DNA from: Chrysomallon squamiferum
Taxonomy: Eukaryota > Animalia > Mollusca
Length of the DNA stretch: 64,000 bases
Direction of reading: 5' to 3'
Assembly (NCBI GenBank): GCA_012295275.1
Contig: CM022670.1
Location: forward strand, 24,862,001-24,926,000
How positions within the stretch are numbered: the first letter of the stretch is position 1; each line of letters starts with the position of its first letter. The position numbers and the translations under genes were made by a program. The notes beneath the pieces were generated by a model. It was not told where the DNA came from. It did not search any database and saw only the letters and a list, made by a program, of their open reading frames with translations. This document shows, one piece after another, positions 57,501-64,000 of the stretch.

Positions 57501-58277
57501 GAATTTGGGCCATTTGGCAAGAACTGCAGAAATACAGAGGTCTTGATGGCAATGAAGCAAACTGTGCTCTGGAGATGATGAAAGTACCACTGAAACCGTT
57601 TAACTTCGGCCCACCATATAACCTGAACAAGAAGACATCAGGATATTCTAAACCCGCAGATGCTTTCAACTACAGAGAACACTATGGCTACGAATACGAT
57701 TCTCTTGAATTCATGGGTATGACTATTCCGATGCTTGATACTGAAATCAAGAAAATACAACACCATGATCGCGTTTTTGCTGGTTTCCTTCTCGCAGGAT
57801 TTAAAAAATCTGCCAACGTTGACTTCCAAGTATGCGATGCCAATAACAAATGTGAAGATGCTGGATACTTCTCAATTCTGGGCGGACTCTCCGAAATGCC
57901 TTGGCACTATGATCGTCTTTATAAATACGATATCACGGAAACTTTGAAGAAACTTGGTCTTCATCATGATGATCCATTTACAATAAAACCAGTAGTAACA
58001 CATATTCACGGAACTGTACTAGAGGGCTTAATAGGAACACCTAGCACGATCTTTGTTCCTGGGAAAGGTAAAATATTGAAATTACCTGTTTCATTAAATA
58101 ATTACTGACTACAGTAATTAAAGAATAATTTAAAATGTTCGCAAAATATTTCAATCTATACTAGAAAAAGAATGAAGTCAACACCAACAATAATGATGAT
58201 GATGATAAATAAATTAAGAAATACAAACTGTTAATTCTCCTTTCCTTTCCTTTTCTTTTTGTTCTTCTTTTTCTTCA

Positions 58278-58351
<74 letters not shown>

Positions 58352-59865
58352 CTTTAAAGATATAAGCCAGACGGTAATCCACACTTCAAGTTCGGTAAGA
58401 AGAGATATAAATTCCCTGGACGAAAGAGCTAAAGAAAACTTAATTTCGAGTTTGAATTCGCTGCAGTTAGATACTGGAAACGACGGTTTTGATGTCATTT
58501 CATCTTTCCATGGTTTACCAGCAAAATGTCCAGATCCAAATAATCCAGAATATGCTTGCTGCATCCATGGCATGCCTTCATTCCCGCAATGGCACAGGCT
58601 GTACGTGCGACAGTTTGAACTTGCTCTCAAGCGACATGGCAGTATCAATGCTGTTCCATACTGGGACTGGACTTTGCCAGTGAAAGAATTACCATCACTG
58701 GTGACACAACCTTCTTATTATGATGCTATGCAAGATAAAGTTATCGACAATCCATGGTCACGAGGAATTATCCCAACAGAGAATTCTCACACAGTGAGAG
58801 ATTTGCAACCTGATCTGTTTAGGACAACAGACGATGGAAAATATTCTCTTCTGTTTGAACAGGTTCTGTTAGCTTTGGAACAGACAGACTTCTGCGATTT
58901 TGAAGTACAGTTGGAAGTTATCCACAACTGGATTCACAACTTAGTAGGCGGTAGACAAGAATACTCAATGGCATCACTGCACTGGACGTCATATGATCCT
59001 TTCTTCTACATCCACCATTCCTTCGTTGACAAACTATTTGCAGTTTGGCAGGAACTTCAGAAACGAAGACATCTTCCGCATGACAGAGCAGATTGTGCAT
59101 TCAATCTAATGAATACACCAATGCAACCATTCAACCTGGACATTAATGCTAACCCATTTATAAAGGCACACTCAAAGGCTTCGGATTGTTTTGAGTATGT
59201 GCATCTGGGGTACAGTTATGACAATTTTAATGTGGGCGGTTATGATCTTGATCAGCTCGAGGACGCTATTGAAAGAAATAAACATAAAACTCGAGTCTTT
59301 GCTGGATTCCTTTTGTTTGGTATTGGAACTTCAGCAGAGGTACATTTCGACATCTGCAAATCTGGTGACCACTGCACCCCTGGAGGAATGCTGTTCATCC
59401 TGGGAGGATCTAAAGAAATGCCATGGGCATATGACAGGCTTTTCAAGTACGATATCACTGAAGAAATAGCAGCACTTGGAATTGATCCTATTGATCTATT
59501 TCATTTAGACGAAGCATTCCATCTTAAAGTGGTAGTAAAAGATATGTCTGGCAATGAAATTGCAGGAAAACTTCCAGAACCAACGATAATTTACCAACCT
59601 GCCGAAGGTATTTTAGTCTTTTAAATTACATTCCTCAGTTATTTATTATTTAATTAATTTATTTATTTATTTATTATTTATTTATTTACTTATTTAGTTA
59701 GTTAGTTAGCTATTGAGTGTGATTGTTTAAAAATCGAGATGATAGTAGGAACTTGTGGTCCTGAAAGATTTTCCGATATAAAATGAGATAGTAATAATAA
59801 TAACAACAACAACAAAAACAACAACAATAATAACGATGACGATGACGACGACGACGACGATGATG

Positions 59866-59912
<47 letters not shown>

Positions 59913-62900
59913 TTAAAAACAGGTGCTTCTGCTTTCGGACACGAGGCCACAGGATCTGAAGTGGGAGTAAGAAAAGACGTAGACGATCTGTCAGTCAATG
60001 AAATAAAAAATCTAAGAAAAGCTATGGCTGCTGTAATGGCAGACACAGGTCCCAATGGGTTCCAGGCAATTGCCAGTTACCACGGAAGTCCACCAATTTG
60101 CGACATGCCTGATGGAAAGAATTTATCTTGCTGTATTCACGGTAAGTACATTTATTACTTTTAATTAATAATCTTTTTTTCCAAGCGCGTAAATGGCTAA
60201 ATAGCTACCACCACTCCACTCCTGCAAAATATCAATTATTCCATTTGCATTTATCTTTTTTTTTCAAACAGTAATTACAGTTTTAAATTGCGATTTTTTC
60301 TTGCAATATTAAGATGAATACTTAAATAATTTCCAGTGCCAGCCTTCAATTCATTATATGGCTTCTGCATATAAAAACCTTTTTTTAAATACCTTCATTT
60401 AAAAAGAATTTTAAAAAAGGAGAAAAAGAAGGAAGATAAATACGGCTTCAGTTATTTCACTTATATCCAAAAAAGAAGAAAAGGAATCTGTTATACTTCA
60501 CAAAATTTTTAAACATGTAATTTCATATATTTATGTAGTCAGTTTATAAGGTGTTTTACTTATGTTTAATCAGGTATGGCCACATTCCCACACTGGCACA
60601 GACTTCATGTTAAACAGATGGAAGATGCTTTGGTTTCCCATGGAGCAGTTATTGGCATGCCTTACTGGGACTGGACCAAATCCTTCACAAAGATGCCCGC
60701 CTTTGTTACTGATGATGACGATAATCCATTCTTGAAGGTATCATTTAGTATCTAAGAATTTACATCGAAATCATATAAATATATAAATCATTCAAAAAAT
60801 TAATTAATTAATCTATCTACCTATTTATTTATAGTAAATAATTATTTATACTGATTGTCTGCACATACTGCACTATATTTCCATTTGTTTTAATATCTTC
60901 TGTATATTATTGTTTTTGTTCACAGGGTAAAATTGAATACCTTGGTAAAGAAACAACAAGAAATCCAAAACCACAACTGTTTAGTGACCCCGAGAAAGGA
61001 GAAGAATCATTCTTCTATCGTCAGATGTTGCTGGCTTTTGAACAAATAGATTACTGCGCCTTTGAAGTCCAGTTTGAGGTGACACACAATGCTATCCATT
61101 CCTGGACAGGAGGCCACGATCCCTATTCTATGTCTACTCTAGATTTTACATCTTACGACCCACTGTTTTATCTGGTCCACTCCAGTGTAGACAGAATCTG
61201 GGCTATTTGGCAAGCACTTCAACTGTACAGAGGACGTCCATACAACCAAGCTTACTGCGAAATCCAGGACCTTAAAGAGCCTTTGAGACCATTCAGTGAT
61301 AGCAGGAATCCTAATCCAGAAACTAGGAAACATTCCACCGCTTTTGATTCATTCAACTACAAGAGTCTCAATTACCAGTATGACAACCTGAAATTCCACG
61401 GTTTGTCAATTCCTGACTTGGAAGAGATTATTCATGAGCAACAGAGACACGATCGAATCTTCGTTGATTTCCTTCTAAGAGGATTCAAGAAGAGCGCTGA
61501 CGTTGAATTTGATATTTGCACAAAAGATCATTCAGTCTGCAAATTCGGAGGAACCTTTGCACTTCTTGGAGGTCCATACGAAATGGAATGGGCATTCGAT
61601 CGTCTTTTCCGTTACGATGTGACCAAAACAATGAATGAACTTGGTCTTCGACACGATTCTGACCTGGATATTGTGGTGAGAGTATTTTACATCGATGGAA
61701 CGCAGCTAGACTCTAGTCTGATTAATCCCCCAACACTGGAATTTGTGCCTGCTAAAAGTAAGATGTTATAAATGTTTATAAATTTCTAAACCAATGTTTA
61801 ACGAAATAATAGATTACATTATTGTTATAAATGAAAAGTAATAACAATAACAGACAAATACATACATACATACATACATACATACATACATAAAAAGAAA
61901 AAAAAAATGAAATAAAAAGAATAATCCATGAATCTTTAATTATTCTATTTAATTTACTTTACACTTGCGAAATGTTTATATTTCAGCTCCTGCTCCGCAC
62001 CTTGGCATTCCTGCTGATAAGATATTTAGAAAAGAGATTAACACCCTAACACTGGACGAAATCAGTCAGCTAAGAAACGCCTTGTTCAGAATGCAAAATG
62101 ATGGCGGCAAAGACGGATTTGAACATATCTCTGGTTTCCACGGTGCTCCCTACATGTGCCCTGAAAACGGTGATACGAAGTATGCCTGCTGCATGCACGG
62201 AATGGCTGTGTTTCCTCATTGGCACAGACTGTTCACAGTACAATACGAAAGAGCTCTTATTAAGCACGGATCATCAATTGGCGTTCCATATTGGGATTGG
62301 ACAAAACCGTTCACAAGCATACCTTCATTCTTTGGTGAGAGTACCAATTCCAATCCATTCTACAAATACCATATTGGCAGCTTAAATGAAGATATTCGAC
62401 GAGATCTGCAAGATGAAATGTATCAAACTGAAACTCTGTACAACGGTGTCTTAGAAGTTTTGGGTGAAGATAATTACTGTGATTTTGAAGTCCAGTATGA
62501 AATATTACACAACTTAGTCCACTTTTATATCGGCGGTTCAGCTGACTATTCAATGTCCACCTTAGAATTTTCTGCATTTGATCCGTTCTTCATGATCCAC
62601 CACTCTGCTATTGACAGAATCTGGATTATTTGGCAAGAATTACAACGATTGCGTAACAAGCCTTTCAACGTTGCTCCTTGTGCAGGAAGCATAATGCATA
62701 TGCCTCTGCATCCATTCAGCTACGCAAGTGTCAACGGAGACGACTTTACTCTTAAGCATTCCGACCCCGATACCGTCTTTGACCACGAGCAGTTTGATTA
62801 TTGGTACGACTCTATGTCACTGCATGATCAATCCTTGGAGGAACTGCATACATCTATCAAAAATCTCAGACACAGCCCGAGAACATATGCCGGTTTTGTA

Positions 62901-63479
62901 CTTTCTGGAGTGAAAGACACCGTCGTCGTAAATGTCTGGATGGCTAACGGTGGAAATGAAGAAAAGGTTGGTCATTTCATTATCTTTGGAGGAAAGAAAG
63001 AAATACCGTGGGCTTACGAAAGAATCTACAAAATGGACGTGACAGACATCGCCAGAAAACTTAATCTGAACCCGATGTCTGGCGATCCCTTCACTGTCAG
63101 AACAGAAGCCGTAGCAAGAGATGGCACACCGATCACACACAGGATTTTCCCCGATGCCCTTTTAGTTTATAGACCCAGTAACAGTGATCAGGACATAATC
63201 ATCGTTCCAATTGGCAAAGACAAAAGCTTACCACCGAAAATAACTGTTAAACGTGATACGTATATCATGTTCCAGAAAGCTGACGACTCGATAACATCAG
63301 TAATTGATTTGGGCAGTTATACTACATTCTACAACTGTATAGTTCCTCCGTTTGGATTAAACACCTATGATATGAACCGATCATACCGACTTGAACCAGG
63401 CGATCACTTCTTCACAGCAGCATCAGTGGAACAGTGTCAAAAGAACCAGAAAATTGAAGTCCACGTAGATGATTACTAA
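41397..63479 (+). CDS. Molluscan hemocyanin isoform 2 (Hc2), expanded to 11 functional units a-c*1-c*2-c*3-b-c-d-e-f-g-h, about 4637 aa (roughly 530 kDa), 19 coding exons
   Basis: Eleven complete FU repeats lie between one signal peptide and one FU-h/stop. All linker introns are phase-1 GT-AG. Summed exon length is 13914 nt, divisible by 3. No internal stop or second signal peptide seen. Confidence 0.93.
41848..41985. repeat. Two-copy tandem duplication of about 75 bp in Hc2 intron 1
   Basis: ttaaaaacaaccagataaaaaacattcaaaat.aaaaa.aatacatattaacttatacaatac occurs twice. Confidence 0.85.
42832..45737 (+). CDS. Hc2 FU-a (exons 42832-43080, 44005-44326, 44890-45141, 45328-45737)
   Basis: Shares a-specific strings with Hc1 FU-a ([36 protein letters not shown]) and two internal intron positions. 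Confidence 0.95.
43555..43618. repeat. (AT)n microsatellite in an Hc2 FU-a intron
   Basis: Direct inspection. Confidence 0.95.
46216..47460 (+). CDS. Hc2 extra unit c*1 (FU-c type, single exon)
   Basis: [23 protein letters not shown]...[21 protein letters not shown]...HNMIH...[16 protein letters not shown]; phase 1-1 exon of 1245 nt. Confidence 0.92.
48070..49305 (+). CDS. Hc2 extra unit c*2 (FU-c type, single exon)
   Basis: [23 protein letters not shown]...[21 protein letters not shown]...HNAIH...[16 protein letters not shown]; phase 1-1 exon of 1236 nt. Confidence 0.92.
49285..49528. repeat. 122-bp two-copy tandem duplication spanning the c*2 exon end and splice donor
   Basis: ttattcatgtcagcggtgaag|gtttgtatttatatgtgtatg...cagacaca at 49285-49406 and 49407-49528. 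Confidence 0.95.
50129..51367 (+). CDS. Hc2 extra unit c*3 (FU-c type, single exon)
   Basis: [23 protein letters not shown]...[21 protein letters not shown]...HNMVH...[16 protein letters not shown]; phase 1-1 exon of 1239 nt. Confidence 0.92.
51531..51590. repeat. (TG)n microsatellite in the c*3-b linker intron
   Basis: Direct inspection. Confidence 0.95.
51901..53334 (+). CDS. Hc2 FU-b (exons 51901-52157, 52368-53334), fifth in order
   Basis: [19 protein letters not shown]...[15 protein letters not shown]...[18 protein letters not shown] match Hc1 FU-b; same phase-0 intron after FMxQ and same 257-nt first exon. Confidence 0.94.
53741..54979 (+). CDS. Hc2 canonical-position FU-c (single exon)
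   Basis: [23 protein letters not shown]...[21 protein letters not shown]...HNLIH...SLRYTAYDP. Confidence 0.94.
55194..56417 (+). CDS. Hc2 FU-d (single exon)
   Basis: [17 protein letters not shown]...[15 protein letters not shown]...[25 protein letters not shown] matches Hc1 FU-d. Confidence 0.94.
56817..58067 (+). CDS. Hc2 FU-e (single exon)
   Basis: [23 protein letters not shown]...HNGIH...[11 protein letters not shown]. Confidence 0.94.
58360..59607 (+). CDS. Hc2 FU-f (single exon)
   Basis: [22 protein letters not shown]...[23 protein letters not shown]. Confidence 0.93.
59923..61757 (+). CDS. Hc2 FU-g (exons 59923-60141, 60574-60737, 60926-61757)
   Basis: Same three exon sizes (219/164/832 nt) and motifs ([23 protein letters not shown]) as Hc1 FU-g. 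Confidence 0.94.
61987..63479 (+). CDS. Hc2 FU-h with C-terminal extension (stop 63477-63479)
   Basis: [22 protein letters not shown]...HNLVH...tail [11 protein letters not shown]...[15 protein letters not shown]. Confidence 0.95.
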
Positions 63480-63919
63480 AAAGGTAAATCTCTACATTTT
63501 CGGTGTTTAATTGGTAGAAAAGGACGGATTAATGGTAATAGCATTAAAATGCATTTCAGATTTCATTCATTGAACACCGGAATAATAATCATAATGATGA
63601 TCATGATGATATTAATAATTTCAGTTTAAAAATTAAAAATATATATGTAAAAACTAATTTTGAACATTAATAAATAGGACTACGCTATGTTTGAATATAG
63701 CGTATATCAAATGAGAGTAGCCCGAAAAAAACAGTTCTGCCGATATAACCCTGTTTATTCCTGTTGATTATAAATGACAGTAATTCATTTAATGATATCT
63801 AATTTGACGAATTACGAAAGAAATATTAAGAAATATTCATTTTACTTCATATTCTTCTTCTTTTTCTTTTTTTTAAATTATTAATTTTTATTTATCTATT
63901 TTTTTTATTTTTTTTTCAG

Positions 63920-64000
63920 TGATAGAATGATTGAATCTGGAAAATATTCCTGCCGTGTCAACTGTATAGACAGCAAGCTAGAAGAAACAATATCTGGACT
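63920..64000 (+). other. Probable start of the Hc2 3'-UTR exon (intron 63484-63919)
   Basis: TAAaaag|gtaaat donor and a long pyrimidine tract ending tttttcag at 63919. Confidence 0.6.

Noticed and set aside
17653-63140. Many minus-strand and alternate-frame ORFs overlapping hemocyanin exons
   Set aside because: These are shadow ORFs of GC-richer coding DNA with no recognisable motifs.
17766-63479. Cluster of separate tyrosinase/catechol oxidase genes
   Set aside because: The units are linked in frame by phase-1 introns, carry the hemocyanin beta-sandwich domain and FU-h tail, and follow a-h identities.
1-64000. CRISPR arrays, rRNA or intact tRNA genes; species assignment
   Set aside because: No repeat-spacer periodicity or RNA-gene signatures were seen. 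The taxon cannot be fixed from sequence alone beyond 'mollusc with FU-h-containing hemocyanin'.

Overview
AT-rich, microsatellite-rich eukaryotic (molluscan) genomic DNA with three spliced genes, all on the + strand. (1) The 3' half of a ZDHHC2/15/20-type palmitoyltransferase (about 1.5-9.8 kb), with a duplicated 'SLGDGxxFP' exon and several candidate terminal exons. (2) A canonical molluscan hemocyanin gene, here 'Hc1' (16529-34860): 18 coding exons, functional units a-b-c-d-e-f-g-h, 3421 aa by my manual splicing. (3) A tandem paralog, here 'Hc2' (41397-63479): 19 coding exons, 4637 aa, with ELEVEN functional units in the order a-c*-c*-c*-b-c-d-e-f-g-h. Three extra intronless FU-c-type exons sit between FU-a and FU-b, and all retain the six copper-binding histidines. 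This architecture differs from the expanded hemocyanins I know (cerithioid mega-hemocyanin with extra FU-f copies; squid/cuttlefish d-d*) and is the main candidate novelty. Exon boundaries were read by hand from splice signals and reading-frame continuity. No database search was possible, so the species and the novelty remain unverified.
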